Source: Candidatus Poribacteria bacterium
GTDB taxonomy: Bacteria > Poribacteria > WGA-4E > WGA-3G
Length of the DNA: 64,000 nucleotides
Direction of reading: 5' to 3'
Assembly: GCA_022394775.1 (NCBI GenBank)
Contig: JAGFCB010000014.1
Coordinates: 7,715-71,714 of the forward strand
Both the position numbers and the translations under genes were made by a program. This document shows positions 9,153 to 19,753 of this stretch, in pieces (the stretch's first letter is position 1; every line of letters starts with the position of its first letter). The notes below the pieces were generated by a model, which was given only the letters and a program-made list of their open reading frames with translations, ran no database searches and was not told where the DNA came from.

Positions 9153-10205
9153 ATGAAAATATTGGTCACAGGTGGCACGGGACGCATCGGGTCGAACCTC
9201 GTTAAAAAATTACTGGAAAAAGGACACGATATCCGAAGTTTCGTTTATCCGGGTGATGTCAACCGTGTTGGAAGATGGGACGGAACTGAACGCGTTGAGA
9301 CCGTCCTCGGCGACTTGCGCGAATATGAAGACGTTAAAAAAGCCGTTGAAGGTGTTGATGCTATCTATCATATCGCCGCTGCTTTCGGGGGGCCCTTTGA
9401 TAACCGCCAGTACTTGGAGATTAATGGTATGGGGACGCTCAACATTTTGGAGGCTGTCCGCGAATCCAATCCGAACCTTCACCGTCTCGTTTATGCCTGT
9501 ACCGAAGCAATCTATTGGGAACTTACTGAGAAGGGCAGATTTTTCGATAAACCGATCACGGAAGATATGGTTGCTAAATACCATCACATGCCTTATTTCC
9601 TTACCAAATGGATCGGTGAGGAATTGTGCATGACCTATCACCACCAATACGGCGTACCTTCCACTGTTTTCCGATTTACTACCGTTATTGAACCGAGCGA
9701 ATTCCTCAATGAAGATGATTTGCCGAAACTGTTTGTCTTTAGTAATATTTACAACCGATACAGCAATTATAAAGGCGATGATCCTGCTGAGTTAGAAACC
9801 GCTGAGACTGTCAAACGTCTCTGGGATGGACAAGAAAAATTTATACTCAAACGCAACCCTAACGGGCGACCTTATAAAGAACATTTCACTGATGTTCGCG
9901 ATATTGTGCAAGGATTGGTTTCCGGGATTGAGAAGGATGCCGCTATCGGCGAAGAATTCACACTCGGAGGGAACGGTGTTTTCAAACACGAAGAGGTTAT
10001 GCCATATCTATCCGAACGCTACCAGATGGATTTTGTTGATGTCCAACTCCCGCAACCTCTCTATTTTGAATTTGATTTGAGCAAAATCAAAACACTATTG
10101 GGCTTTGAACCACAACACGATTTAGCGAGTATCCTTGATGCCGCTGAAGCGATGCGCCGTGGTGAAGATGTCGGCATTATTCCAACAGGCGTTCGGTGGA
10201 ACTAA
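9153..10205 (+). CDS. NAD-dependent epimerase/dehydratase (SDR family)
   Basis: N-terminal Rossmann motif MKILVTGGTGRIGSNLV. RBS GGAGAAAAA. Confidence 0.85.
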   Translation: MKILVTGGTGRIGSNLVKKLLEKGHDIRSFVYPGDVNRVGRWDGTERVETVLGDLREYEDVKKAVEGVDAIYHIAAAFGGPFDNRQYLEINGMGTLNILEAVRESNPNLHRLVYACTEAIYWELTEKGRFFDKPITEDMVAKYHHMPYFLTKWIGEELCMTYHHQYGVPSTVFRFTTVIEPSEFLNEDDLPKLFVFSNIYNRYSNYKGDDPAELETAETVKRLWDGQEKFILKRNPNGRPYKEHFTDVRDIVQGLVSGIEKDAAIGEEFTLGGNGVFKHEEVMPYLSERYQMDFVDVQLPQPLYFEFDLSKIKTLLGFEPQHDLASILDAAEAMRRGEDVGIIPTGVRWN

Positions 10206-10310
10206 TGATAGACTGCTGATGCTTTTCCTTGACACATCCCTGAAAAGTAGGTTAGACTTAATAAAAACACACTTCAACCCTAAACTGTGTCCTGAGGAGG
10301 TTCGTCTACC

Positions 10311-11963
10311 ATGAAAAAATCCGTTGGAATGCTCCCTTTTTACGCTTTCACCCTGCTGGCTTTTGTTTTCTTAGCACTTAACTGCGCAAAAGTTACAAAC
10401 ACACCGACACGACAAGTATCCTCAAGTACAAAACACCTCGACCGACACATCAACGCTGTACTTAAAAAAGAAGGTATTCAACCCTCGGGTATATCAGTGG
10501 ATACAGAGTTTTTACGCCGTGTTCACCTCGATCTAACCGGAAAAATTCCGGCACCTGAACAAGTCTTAGATTTCCTCAAGGACGGCTCTCCGAGTAAACG
10601 CCAGAAAAAAATTGACCAATTGCTCGGAAGCCAAGCGTATGTTGACTATTGGACCGAATTGTGGGTGAACTGGTTAATCGGTAGGCGCGACGATAGCGAC
10701 GATCGGCGCGTCGGGTTGGCTTTTTGGGTACAGGATGCATTGACGAGAAATATGCCCTACAATCAGTTCGTTCAAGAACTTATCACAGCTGATGGTGAAC
10801 TGAAAGACAACGGTGCTGGAAACTATATTATGCGCTACGATAGGGCACCCGCCGTCCTCACTTCGCATAGTTCACGACTCTTTTTAGGGCTACCTATGCA
10901 GTGTGCCGAGTGCCACGATCATAAAACAGAAGCGTGGAGCCAAGAGGATTTCTACGGCATCGCCGCTTTCTTTGGTGGTATTGAGAGTGAACAAAAAGGA
11001 TATATTGAGACGATGGATATGGCGGGTAATGAGAAGCGAATGGACAATTATCTCATTACCAACGAACCACAGAAGGTTATCTGGGTGGAAAGACTCAAAG
11101 CGGAAATCCCACCACGCTTCCTTGGCAGCACAGAATACAAAGGTTCACTCATTAAGAAGCGTGAGGCACTTGCACAGTGGATGACTGATAAATCAAACCC
11201 CTATTTTAGCCGAGCAATTGTGAACCGCGTCTGGAAACACTTTATGGCACGCGCCTTTGTCGAACCTATTGATGGATTCGGCGAAGAGAATCTACCTACC
11301 AACCCAGAATTGTTAGACTGGCTCGCCGAAGATCTCATCATTCACGATTATGACTTACAGCACTTGATGCGGACAATCCTTAATTCCGAAACTTATCAGC
11401 GCACCTCACAAACGAATGAGAGTAACAAGGACGACGAAATTTATTACTCGCATGCGTATGTGAAACCCCTAAGTGCTGAACAGTTTTTCTATTCGCTGCT
11501 TCAGGCTACCGGTTTTGAAAGGTTTCAGCAGGTCAAAATGGAAGGCATGAAAAAGCAAGGAGGCGAGGATCGCAGAGGTATGCTACGGGCTCTCGAAGAC
11601 AGAAAACGGGAACATCTCAGGAAGTTTCTGTTTCTGCTTGATAACGGTGAAATGGAAGAAATCGAGGCTTTCAATGGAACTGTCCCACAAGCACTCATGA
11701 TGATTAATGGAGATATGGTGAACGACAGTGCAAGCCATGAAGAACACGGCAGTTTTGTCAATTACGTCTTGGAAAAATGGCGCGAACCCGCGGAACGCTT
11801 AGAGTTTATCTATCTTAACGTGCTTTCTCGGTTGCCAACCGCTAAAGAGAAAACCTATTTCCAACGCTACATGGAACGCAGCCTCTATCGCAACAAAGAC
11901 TTGGCTTACGAAGACCTTTATTGGGTCTTATTAAATTCAGCCGAATTTTCACTCAACCATTAA
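10311..11963 (+). CDS. DUF1549/DUF1553 domain protein (Planctomycete-type PSCyt/PSD-like)
   Basis: LRRVHLDLTGKIPAPEQVLDFL matches the DUF1549 motif; CAECHDHK matches the DUF1553 motif. There is an N-terminal signal peptide. At 550 aa it is compact for the family. A hairpin CTTAGTG-CTTACA-CACTAAG at 11976-11995 follows the stop. Confidence 0.65.
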   Translation: MKKSVGMLPFYAFTLLAFVFLALNCAKVTNTPTRQVSSSTKHLDRHINAVLKKEGIQPSGISVDTEFLRRVHLDLTGKIPAPEQVLDFLKDGSPSKRQKKIDQLLGSQAYVDYWTELWVNWLIGRRDDSDDRRVGLAFWVQDALTRNMPYNQFVQELITADGELKDNGAGNYIMRYDRAPAVLTSHSSRLFLGLPMQCAECHDHKTEAWSQEDFYGIAAFFGGIESEQKGYIETMDMAGNEKRMDNYLITNEPQKVIWVERLKAEIPPRFLGSTEYKGSLIKKREALAQWMTDKSNPYFSRAIVNRVWKHFMARAFVEPIDGFGEENLPTNPELLDWLAEDLIIHDYDLQHLMRTILNSETYQRTSQTNESNKDDEIYYSHAYVKPLSAEQFFYSLLQATGFERFQQVKMEGMKKQGGEDRRGMLRALEDRKREHLRKFLFLLDNGEMEEIEAFNGTVPQALMMINGDMVNDSASHEEHGSFVNYVLEKWREPAERLEFIYLNVLSRLPTAKEKTYFQRYMERSLYRNKDLAYEDLYWVLLNSAEFSLNH

Positions 11964-12027
11964 ACCCCTTGAAAGTGTGCTTAGTGCTTACACACTAAGG
12001 ACGTACGGTTAAAAGGAGAATTTTATT

Positions 12028-12750
12028 ATGAACAGACGTAATCTGTTTATTGCTATCTGCAGTGTCACCCTCGGCATCGCAGCTCTTGCGATGTCGCAGA
12101 CCTATTTTGAAGATAATTTTGATGATCCAAAGGAATCTGAGAAGAAGTGGGTCGCCCTCTTTGGAGACTGGGAACTCAAAGGTGATGAATACCATCAACT
12201 CCAAAATTCACCCAACTGCATGAGTGTTGTTGCTGATGAATTCTGGGATGACAAATGGAATGATTATACTTTTGAGGTAAGAGGGAGTAAAATCAGTGGT
12301 GCTGAAGGCTTTTTAATTATGTTCCGATGCCAAGGCTTGATGCAAGCCCGCGGTCAAGCACTCGAAGACCATCCGCCACGTATGGAGAAACTTAAACCTT
12401 CACTGGAGTACTGGTGGAACCTCGGCGGTTGGGGCAACACGCGCTCACAGGTTGAATCGTGGGGTGGTAAAGGTGGTGCCAATAGCAATCACACCATTGA
12501 AGATGATGAGTGGTATAACATCAAGATTGTCAATGAACCGGGCAGCTACACGCTCTTCCTCAACGACGAAAAAGTCGCCAAGGTAGATGATAATACCGAA
12601 GACGGTGTCGGCAGAGTCGGTCTCGCAACTTGGAGCACTGTCGCAAAGTATGACGATGTCATCGTTTACGGACCCGATGGACCCTCGTTACCGGTTGATG
12701 CGAAAAGCAAGCTCGCAACAACTTGGGCATATCTCAAATCCACAAAATAG
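12028..12750 (+). CDS. LamG-like jellyroll / DUF1080 (3-keto-disaccharide hydrolase-like) domain protein, secreted
   Basis: Signal peptide; FEDNFDD...W....GDWELKGDE; C-terminal GRVGLATWSTVAKYDDVIVYG is typical of DUF1080. Confidence 0.5.
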   Translation: MNRRNLFIAICSVTLGIAALAMSQTYFEDNFDDPKESEKKWVALFGDWELKGDEYHQLQNSPNCMSVVADEFWDDKWNDYTFEVRGSKISGAEGFLIMFRCQGLMQARGQALEDHPPRMEKLKPSLEYWWNLGGWGNTRSQVESWGGKGGANSNHTIEDDEWYNIKIVNEPGSYTLFLNDEKVAKVDDNTEDGVGRVGLATWSTVAKYDDVIVYGPDGPSLPVDAKSKLATTWAYLKSTK

Positions 12751-12810
12751 ATAGGACTCTCGTATCTCCTCTTAAAGTCCCCCTGATAAGGGGGATTTAG
12801 GGGGTTAAAG
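12750..12810. repeat. Degenerate copy of the MITE/REP-like core CCTCTTAAAGTCCCCCTGATAAGGGGGATTTAGGGGGTTAAAG
   Basis: Begins at the stop codon TAG-ATAGGACT, as the copy at 29028 does. A 9-bp stem hairpin TAGCGCGAG..CTCGCGCTA follows at 12817-12846. Confidence 0.6.
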
Positions 12811-12850
12811 ATACCGATAGCGCGAGTGACCGTTACCTCGCGCTACCTTT

Positions 12851-14035
12851 ATGCAAAAATTTCAAATGCAAAACTACTTTTTACCCCCACGTATTGAATT
12901 AGGCGACGGTGCCATCCAAAACTTAGGTGAACATGTCAAAACGTTTGAAGGCAAAAAACCGTTCTTGGTGAGCGATGCCGGTGTTATCAACGCCGGTATT
13001 CTTGCCAGAGCGATAGATGCTTTAGACACAAGTGGTTTACCCCATGCGATATATTCAGAGATCGAACCGAATCCCACAGATACCAGCATCACACACGGGG
13101 TTGAAGCTTATAAGTCTGAAGCGTGCGATGTCGTCATCGCTGTAGGTGGGGGCAGCGTTATGGATGCTGCCAAAGCCATCCGGCTTTTGACAACCCATGA
13201 GCCGCCCTTAGAGCCTTATTACGCGGATGTCGGTGGTGCTGAAAGGATTCGAGATGATATGCCGCCCTTAATCTGCGTCCCTACAACCGCAGGCACTGGC
13301 AGCGAAGTCTCACAAGGATCGATCATTACAGATACATCGTTCAACACGACCAACAGATGGCGGAAACGTGCGATCGTTACCCCGCTCAATATGTCGAATA
13401 TAGCACTCCTTGATCCGGGTATAACGGTCGGCATGCCGACCGCACTCACTGCTGCAACCGGTATGGATGCCATTACGCACGGGATTGAGGCGTATGTCGC
13501 AACGAAGTATCACCCTATTGCCGAAGGGGTCGCATTGCAGGCTCTCAGAATTTTGAGTGCGAACATCCAAAAAGTGTATCACAACGGGGAGGACGTGGCT
13601 GCGCGAGGAGAGATGCTACTCGGATCGTGTATGGCAGCGTTCGCGTTCCAGAAAGGACTCGGTGCTGTTCACTCGCTGGCGCATCAACTTTCCACGGACG
13701 CACCGATCCCACACGGCGTAGCAAACGCAATTTTGCTCCCACCTGTCATGGAATTTAACTTTTCCCATGCAACCGAGAAATACGCCGAAATCGCGCGCGC
13801 CTTGGGGATAGATACCAACGGGATGGATAGCAGTGAAGCAGGACGTGCCGCTATTGATAAAATTAGGGCGTTCAACACAGAATTAAATATGCCTGCCGGG
13901 CTTGGAGAGGCTGGCTTAGACCGAAAAAAGATTCCAAAACTCGGCGCAGATGCAATGCTTGATCACTGCCACAAATTCAACCCAAGAGCCTGCACGGAAG
14001 CAGATATGATAGCGTTATTTGAGGCGGCCTTTTAG
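12851..14035 (+). CDS. Iron-containing alcohol dehydrogenase
   Basis: Fe-ADH signature GGGSVMDAAKA and the family's His-rich metal site region. Confidence 0.9.
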   Translation: MQKFQMQNYFLPPRIELGDGAIQNLGEHVKTFEGKKPFLVSDAGVINAGILARAIDALDTSGLPHAIYSEIEPNPTDTSITHGVEAYKSEACDVVIAVGGGSVMDAAKAIRLLTTHEPPLEPYYADVGGAERIRDDMPPLICVPTTAGTGSEVSQGSIITDTSFNTTNRWRKRAIVTPLNMSNIALLDPGITVGMPTALTAATGMDAITHGIEAYVATKYHPIAEGVALQALRILSANIQKVYHNGEDVAARGEMLLGSCMAAFAFQKGLGAVHSLAHQLSTDAPIPHGVANAILLPPVMEFNFSHATEKYAEIARALGIDTNGMDSSEAGRAAIDKIRAFNTELNMPAGLGEAGLDRKKIPKLGADAMLDHCHKFNPRACTEADMIALFEAAF

Positions 14036-14102
14036 TGTTGCTTGCGAACTAAAACTTGCTATTCAAAAGAGTGTTGCTTGCGAACTAAAACTTGCTATTC
14101 AA
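14031..14102. repeat. 36-bp direct tandem repeat, 2 copies (GTGTTGCTTGCGAACTAAAACTTGCTATTCAAAAGA)
   Basis: Near-perfect duplication lying between the convergent stop codons of the Fe-ADH and PQQ/WD40 genes. Confidence 0.8.
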
Positions 14103-16422
14103 AAGCAGGAAGATCAACCGGTGCAATCCACGCCTGCGTCAACGCTGGTTTATACGCATTATCGCGCAGATAGTCTGATGTCTGCCACAAACAGAGATGT
14201 TTACCATCTGGCATCCAGACAACAGATGTCAGTTTCATAGCAGTGCGGGCGATAGGCACCTTCTTACCGCTTTCAAGGTCATAAACCCAGACTTTCCAAC
14301 GAATCCCTTGACAATCCTCGCGTTCCAAATACGCTAACTGTCTCCCTGTCGGTGACCAAGCAGGCGACGTGTGTTTCAATATCTGGCTCTGCGTCAGTGT
14401 AGGCGTTGACTCCGATATATGCAACTGCTTATCCATCCGCTGACCTGGACGATTACTACCGGATAAAACGTAAGCCAGTTGTGTGCTATCTGCTGACCAA
14501 TTCAACTGCTGAACCTTTTGATGTTGGGTTTGGATCTCCTTTATGCGTTCACCCTCTATATTTTGGATGCGGACACCGACATATTTCGAGTTATTCACAC
14601 CAAAAGCGACGCGGGTGCCATCAGGTGCCCAAGTTGGGGCAGGGAGATAGGTGTAATTGCGTTGTCGGCGTTCAATCGGCACACGCGCGATTGCACTTAA
14701 ATCGCTGCCATCGCTATTAATACGGTAGATAACATCCATCCCCCCAGCTTGAGAGGCGTCGTATCTTCTAAATACCAAGCGATTTGACGTAGGCGACCAA
14801 GCAGGTCCCTCGCCGAGAACCAACTGTTTAACGCGTCCGAATTGCCAATCCACTGTATAGATATACCGTTCGCCGCCTTCATCAACCTCAAATGCCAAAA
14901 GTCTGCTATCCAGCGACCAAGAGATATGCGGATTGTAAAACTGTCCAGTGTAAAGCCTGCGTGCTTGTTGCCCTTCCCGATCCATAATCCACAGTTCATC
15001 CGCACGCCAGTACCGACTCCTTAAGTCATTCCTTTTTAGAAATGCGATCAGTTTGCCGTCAGGACTCCAGCGCGGGAATTCCGCACCTTCAAGCAATTGC
15101 ATCCTACGTGGCAGGGCAGTCGAGAGACCATGTCCACCACTAAAAGTCGTGTTGAACATGACACCGTCAGTATCTTCAAATTCCCCAAGAGCGAACTTGT
15201 CCATCCATCCCCGGACACCGTTCGGGAGTTCAACCTCATACCCGTCGAATGCCATACGCGCATTTGGCGTTGATTCGTCCGAAGCTTGCACGATCGGCAA
15301 ACGTACCCCGTCGTTGAGGTTTAACAACACAGATGTGCCTTCTTTATTTGCGTAAACCGGTGCAGCATCATGCACCACAATTCCCGTTTGCCGCGAGTCT
15401 GACGCACCCTCCGTACTGCCGGAGCTTGTAACCTCGCCTGCATTTGTGAACGCATAGACCCTGCCGTCACCCGATGCAGCGTAAAGGATACCATCAGAAA
15501 TCGCTGGTGCGGCTTCCACAAAACCACCGAGTTGATGCGCCCAAGTCTGTGTTTTTGATGAAGCGTCAAACGCGTGCAGATGTCCATCGCGCGCCCCAAT
15601 ATAGACGCTGCCATTTGCGATGACAGGATAACTCTCACTTCCTGCTGTCTGAGCCCTCCACATCTTCGCATTGTGTTCTGGGAAAACGGGACGGAATACA
15701 CCTTTCGCACATCCGTATTCGACCCCATTAATATGAATTGTCCGCTCGCGCACCGATTCAACTGTCCCTGTCCTCGCGTTCAACACGTAGATTTTTGAAG
15801 GGAACACGCCAATATAAACTTTGTTATCCGCAACGACCGGTGGCGCGTCCATCCAATTTTTTGATTTGAACTCCCAGAGTTTCTCACCTGTTTTTGTATC
15901 TAAGGCATAGACCTTGTTATTCCGGGCATTGAAATAGACCCGATCTCCAAGCACAGCAGCAGAATAGCGAATAGCATCTCCCGCATCAAAAACCCATTTA
16001 ATCCCCCACTGCTTGGCATCGAGGGCGTACAATTTGCCATCAGTTGAACCAATATATAGAATGCCATTCGCGATGACAGGGGAGGCGTAGAGCGGTCCAC
16101 CCGTTTTGAATTTCCACAGCAATGCCAACGGTGGCGCGAGGCTTTGATCAGGGCTCATTCCCGAAAAGCCTAAATCGTACATGAAGATGTGCCAATCTTC
16201 AGCACGCGGCGGTGTGACGGATTCCATCACTCCGGAGGGGACGGGCTGCTGACCGCCTGACCGCTGTGCTTGTTGTTTCTGTTGTGAGTCACATCCCCAC
16301 ACAAGCAGTACCATGAATAGGATTATCAACTTTTTAGCGCAGCTCGCGGGTTTCCAAAATTTATTGTACAAGTGTCTGTTCCAGAGATACACATTAACCC
16401 TTTCGTTCAGTGCCTCGATCAA
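14095..16422 (-). CDS. PQQ-like beta-propeller plus TolB-like WD40 repeat lipoprotein
   Basis: N-terminal KKLIILFMVLLVWGC; repeated G.LYA...G.LYA.D PQQ-type blades; C-terminal WSPDGK/WAPDGT/WSPTGR TolB-type repeats. Confidence 0.75.
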   Translation of the reverse strand: MIEALNERVNVYLWNRHLYNKFWKPASCAKKLIILFMVLLVWGCDSQQKQQAQRSGGQQPVPSGVMESVTPPRAEDWHIFMYDLGFSGMSPDQSLAPPLALLWKFKTGGPLYASPVIANGILYIGSTDGKLYALDAKQWGIKWVFDAGDAIRYSAAVLGDRVYFNARNNKVYALDTKTGEKLWEFKSKNWMDAPPVVADNKVYIGVFPSKIYVLNARTGTVESVRERTIHINGVEYGCAKGVFRPVFPEHNAKMWRAQTAGSESYPVIANGSVYIGARDGHLHAFDASSKTQTWAHQLGGFVEAAPAISDGILYAASGDGRVYAFTNAGEVTSSGSTEGASDSRQTGIVVHDAAPVYANKEGTSVLLNLNDGVRLPIVQASDESTPNARMAFDGYEVELPNGVRGWMDKFALGEFEDTDGVMFNTTFSGGHGLSTALPRRMQLLEGAEFPRWSPDGKLIAFLKRNDLRSRYWRADELWIMDREGQQARRLYTGQFYNPHISWSLDSRLLAFEVDEGGERYIYTVDWQFGRVKQLVLGEGPAWSPTSNRLVFRRYDASQAGGMDVIYRINSDGSDLSAIARVPIERRQRNYTYLPAPTWAPDGTRVAFGVNNSKYVGVRIQNIEGERIKEIQTQHQKVQQLNWSADSTQLAYVLSGSNRPGQRMDKQLHISESTPTLTQSQILKHTSPAWSPTGRQLAYLEREDCQGIRWKVWVYDLESGKKVPIARTAMKLTSVVWMPDGKHLCLWQTSDYLRDNAYKPALTQAWIAPVDLPAFE

Positions 16423-16760
16423 GAGGTTAAGGTTATGGGTGAACCGTAGTTTTTTAAGGTTACTAAAACATCTTATTGTCTATTAGATTATCATATTATT
16501 CAATAGCATGCAACTGAAATACTTAGAGCATCAGTTGATAATGATCTTCCTGAAATGTTACACCTTCGTGTTTTTTGAAGAAACTAAAGTGAAAGACAAC
16601 AAATACAATAGTATTGATCAGGACGACACTGATTTTACAATGGCAACTTTCGGAAACCCGCAAGAATTAGAAAAATTTGAATTTGTGGCAAATCTGTGTT
16701 AAAATTTATCTTCTAAACCTTTACAATACAACACTAATTTAATCGCAAGCGGTACACAAA

Positions 16761-18014
16761 ATGAACAAATTATTAGGTGAAGTTGACCCACAAATCGTTG
16801 AAATCGCCGCCAAAGACCTAACACGCCAGCAAGATTCCCTCATGTTAATCCCGTCGGAAAACTACGCCAGCCGTGCCGTTATGGAGGCTCAAAGCAGCAT
16901 TCTCGCCAATAAGTACGCCGAAGGCTACCCCGGCGAACGCTACTATAACGGATGTCAGTTTATGGACGATGTCGAATCACTCGCAATCGAACGCGCGAAG
17001 GCACTCTTCGGCGTTGAACACGTTAACGTCCAACCGCACGCGGGCAGCCAAGCGAACATGGCAGTTTACCATGCCTTGCTTGAACCGGGTGATACGGTTC
17101 TCGGTATGTCTCTCAGTCAAGGTGGACATCTTACGCACGGTGCTGGTGTCAACTTTTCAGGAAACCTTTACAATATTGCTGCTTATGGTGTAGATGCTGA
17201 AACTGAGCGGATCGACATGGAAGAGATCGCACGTCTCGCAGAAGAGCATCGTCCCAAACTTATTGTTGTCGGTGCCACAGCCTATCCTCGGCATTTTGAC
17301 TTTGCCGCGTGGCGGCAGGTTGCTGATGCCGTAGGTGCTTATCTTCTCGCTGATATAGCCCATATTGCAGGGCTTATCGCAGGCGGTGTTCATCCAGACC
17401 CTGTTCCCTATGCCGATGTAATTACGACGACAACACATAAAACTTTACGGGGTCCCCGCGGGGCAATGATTATGTGTAGAGCCGAGTACGCAGACAAAAT
17501 TGATCGCGCCGTGTTCCCTGGCTTACAAGGCGGACCTTTCCTGCATACAATCGCCGCGAGGGCTGTCGCATTCAAAGAGGCGAGCGAACCCGACTTTAAA
17601 GTATATCAAGCGCAGATTGTTAAAAATGCAAAGGCACTTGCTGAGAGGCTCATCGAAAATGGGTTCCGATTGGTGAGCGGCGGAACGGACAATCACCTCA
17701 TGCTGATAGATCTCACCTCAAAGTACGAAAAACTCAGTGGACGACAAGCTGCCGATCACTTAGAAGATGCTGGAATTATCGTCAATAAAAACACAATCCC
17801 TTTCGACAAAAGGAAACCGAAAACAACGAGCGGTTTGCGGCTCGGCACACCGATGATTACCACACGCGGCATGAAAGAAGATGACATGGTTCAGGTTGCC
17901 GACTTTATCACAGAGACGCTTGAAAACAGGCAAAAAACCGCCATCAAACGCCAGCTTCGGGAGAAAGTCAGGGAACTCTGCACACAATTCCCGATTTACG
18001 AATATTTAGAATAG
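16761..18014 (+). CDS. glyA: Serine hydroxymethyltransferase
   Basis: [16 protein letters not shown]-lysine motif; full-length SHMT. Confidence 0.95.
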   Translation: MNKLLGEVDPQIVEIAAKDLTRQQDSLMLIPSENYASRAVMEAQSSILANKYAEGYPGERYYNGCQFMDDVESLAIERAKALFGVEHVNVQPHAGSQANMAVYHALLEPGDTVLGMSLSQGGHLTHGAGVNFSGNLYNIAAYGVDAETERIDMEEIARLAEEHRPKLIVVGATAYPRHFDFAAWRQVADAVGAYLLADIAHIAGLIAGGVHPDPVPYADVITTTTHKTLRGPRGAMIMCRAEYADKIDRAVFPGLQGGPFLHTIAARAVAFKEASEPDFKVYQAQIVKNAKALAERLIENGFRLVSGGTDNHLMLIDLTSKYEKLSGRQAADHLEDAGIIVNKNTIPFDKRKPKTTSGLRLGTPMITTRGMKEDDMVQVADFITETLENRQKTAIKRQLREKVRELCTQFPIYEYLE

Positions 18015-18164
18015 TTGTTGGTTATTAGTTGTCAGTTATCAGTTAAGAGGTTTCTGATTCATTAACAAAAACTTAGGAACCGTCGGTATTTCAATTGGAT
18101 AACAACCTTTACAAGAAGATTTTGGGGCATCGAAAACCAGACTAATAACTGAAAACTGAAAACT

Positions 18165-19583
18165 ATGGACTATGAAGCGGCACTTGCTTATATTGAAGCG
18201 TTTATCGATTACGAAAGAAGTCCTGATTTTTCACGACAGGCACGGCTCTATAATCTCAACCGCATCTCTCTCTTGCTAAAACTACTCGGTAATCCACACC
18301 ATAGATTACGGGTTATCCATGTCGCCGGAAGCAAAGGGAAAGGTTCTACTGCCGCACTCATCGCATCTGTACTGACACACGCAGGCTATAAGACCGGTTT
18401 GTTTACATCGCCACATCTCATTACGCCGCGAGAACGTTGTCGTATTGATAATGCGTTGATTTCAGAGGCTGAGATCGCTCACTATGTTGATAAGATCAAA
18501 CCCGCAATCGAAACCGCTTCTGCTGCCGAATTCGGGCGTGTCTCGTTTTTTGAGATATACACTGCACTCGCTTTTTCCTATTTCGCCGACAAAGCGACTG
18601 ACTTTGCTGTGATTGAAGTCGGCTTAGGGGGTAGACTCGACGCGACGAATGTTGTTAAACCTGTTACGACTGTTATCACGCCGATCAGTTTAGAACACAC
18701 GGCGATATTAGGGGAAACTTATACTCAGATAGCTGGCGAGAAAGCAGAAATCATTAAAGAAGGGTGTCCGCTCGCACTCGCACCACAGCATCCGGAAGCG
18801 CGAACTGTGTTTCAAAGGATCGCTAAAGAGCGGAACGCACGGGTCGTCGAAGTTAAACCCCATAGGACGGTTGGTAAACCAATTCGTGGAGACGTAGCAC
18901 CGGATTATCAGGCATCTGTCTCTCGTCTCCTCCTGAATACCGATGGTGTACCTGTGGCACAACAATTTAACGTGGAAATGGATGCCGAAAGTTATCCGCA
19001 ACTTACTATGCCGCTTCTCGGACACCACCAATTTGTAAATGCTTTGACGGCTATCGCAGCGATTGAATGCCTGAAACAGGCTGGATACAGTGTTCCGAAA
19101 ACCCGCGTTTACGAGGGATTCAAGAATGTGCAATGGCGCGGACGCATCCAGCGGATTATGTCTTCGCCACTCGTTGTACTCGATGGCGCGCACGCTCCTG
19201 TTTCAATGCAGGCTTTATGCCAAACACTTCGTGAAAGTTTTTGTTACGATAAGGCAATTTTTGTCGTTAGTTTAATGAAGGATAAAAATCTCACAGAAAT
19301 CGGAAACATTGTCGCTAACACCGCTGACATTGTGATTGCTACGGAAGTTTCGGATAACCCGCGTGTCATGTCTGCTGAGACAATACGGAATACATGGTCT
19401 GGTGTATGTAAGGAAATTACAGCGTTTCCAAACCCAGAAAAAGCAATCGGACAAGCATTAGCGTCCGCATCGTTGACAGATCTAATCTGCATCACAGGTT
19501 CGCTCTATCTCGTTGGTCAAGCACTTGAAATATTTGAATCAAAATTTTCAGCGAAAGATTCCGTTGGAATTCCTATTTCTTAA
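18165..19583 (+). CDS. folC: Bifunctional folylpolyglutamate synthase / dihydrofolate synthase
   Basis: Mur-ligase P-loop HVAGSKGKGST; synteny with glyA. Confidence 0.85.
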   Translation: MDYEAALAYIEAFIDYERSPDFSRQARLYNLNRISLLLKLLGNPHHRLRVIHVAGSKGKGSTAALIASVLTHAGYKTGLFTSPHLITPRERCRIDNALISEAEIAHYVDKIKPAIETASAAEFGRVSFFEIYTALAFSYFADKATDFAVIEVGLGGRLDATNVVKPVTTVITPISLEHTAILGETYTQIAGEKAEIIKEGCPLALAPQHPEARTVFQRIAKERNARVVEVKPHRTVGKPIRGDVAPDYQASVSRLLLNTDGVPVAQQFNVEMDAESYPQLTMPLLGHHQFVNALTAIAAIECLKQAGYSVPKTRVYEGFKNVQWRGRIQRIMSSPLVVLDGAHAPVSMQALCQTLRESFCYDKAIFVVSLMKDKNLTEIGNIVANTADIVIATEVSDNPRVMSAETIRNTWSGVCKEITAFPNPEKAIGQALASASLTDLICITGSLYLVGQALEIFESKFSAKDSVGIPIS

Positions 19584-19649
19584 CGAAAGATCGCAAACTC
19601 GTAATGAAGCAGATCGCTTATGGGCGAGTACGCCGCAAAATGGAGAGCG

Positions 19650-19740
19650 GTTCTACGGAAAGGAACCTCAAGGTTCAAACCCACTTCATCGAACCGCAAG
19701 GAAAATTAAAAAAACGAACCGCAAGGAAATTAAAAAACAA
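19650..19740 (+). promoter_or_regulatory. Conserved 5' leader module: TACGGAAAGG, about 30 nt, then two tandem copies of GAACCGCAAGGAAA(A)TTAAAAAA abutting the hppA start
   Basis: The same module is seen at 38675-38742 (ilvN) and 39288-39378 (ilvC). Confidence 0.6.
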
Positions 19741-19753
19741 AGAGAGGTTTTAA

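Noticed and set aside
16508-16702. 64-aa AT-rich ORF upstream of glyA
   Set aside because: It has low-complexity composition, lies in the promoter region and has no RBS.
18015-18164. Imperfect long-range inverted repeats (GTTATTAGTTGTCAGTTATCAGTT / AACTGAAAACTGAAAACT) flanking the glyA-folC spacer
   Set aside because: They are only partially complementary, AT-rich and low complexity, which is insufficient to call a structured element.
19660-19700. tRNA-like T-arm sequence AAGGTTCAAACCCAC
   Set aside because: No complementary T-stem or acceptor stem can be formed. It is part of the conserved leader module.
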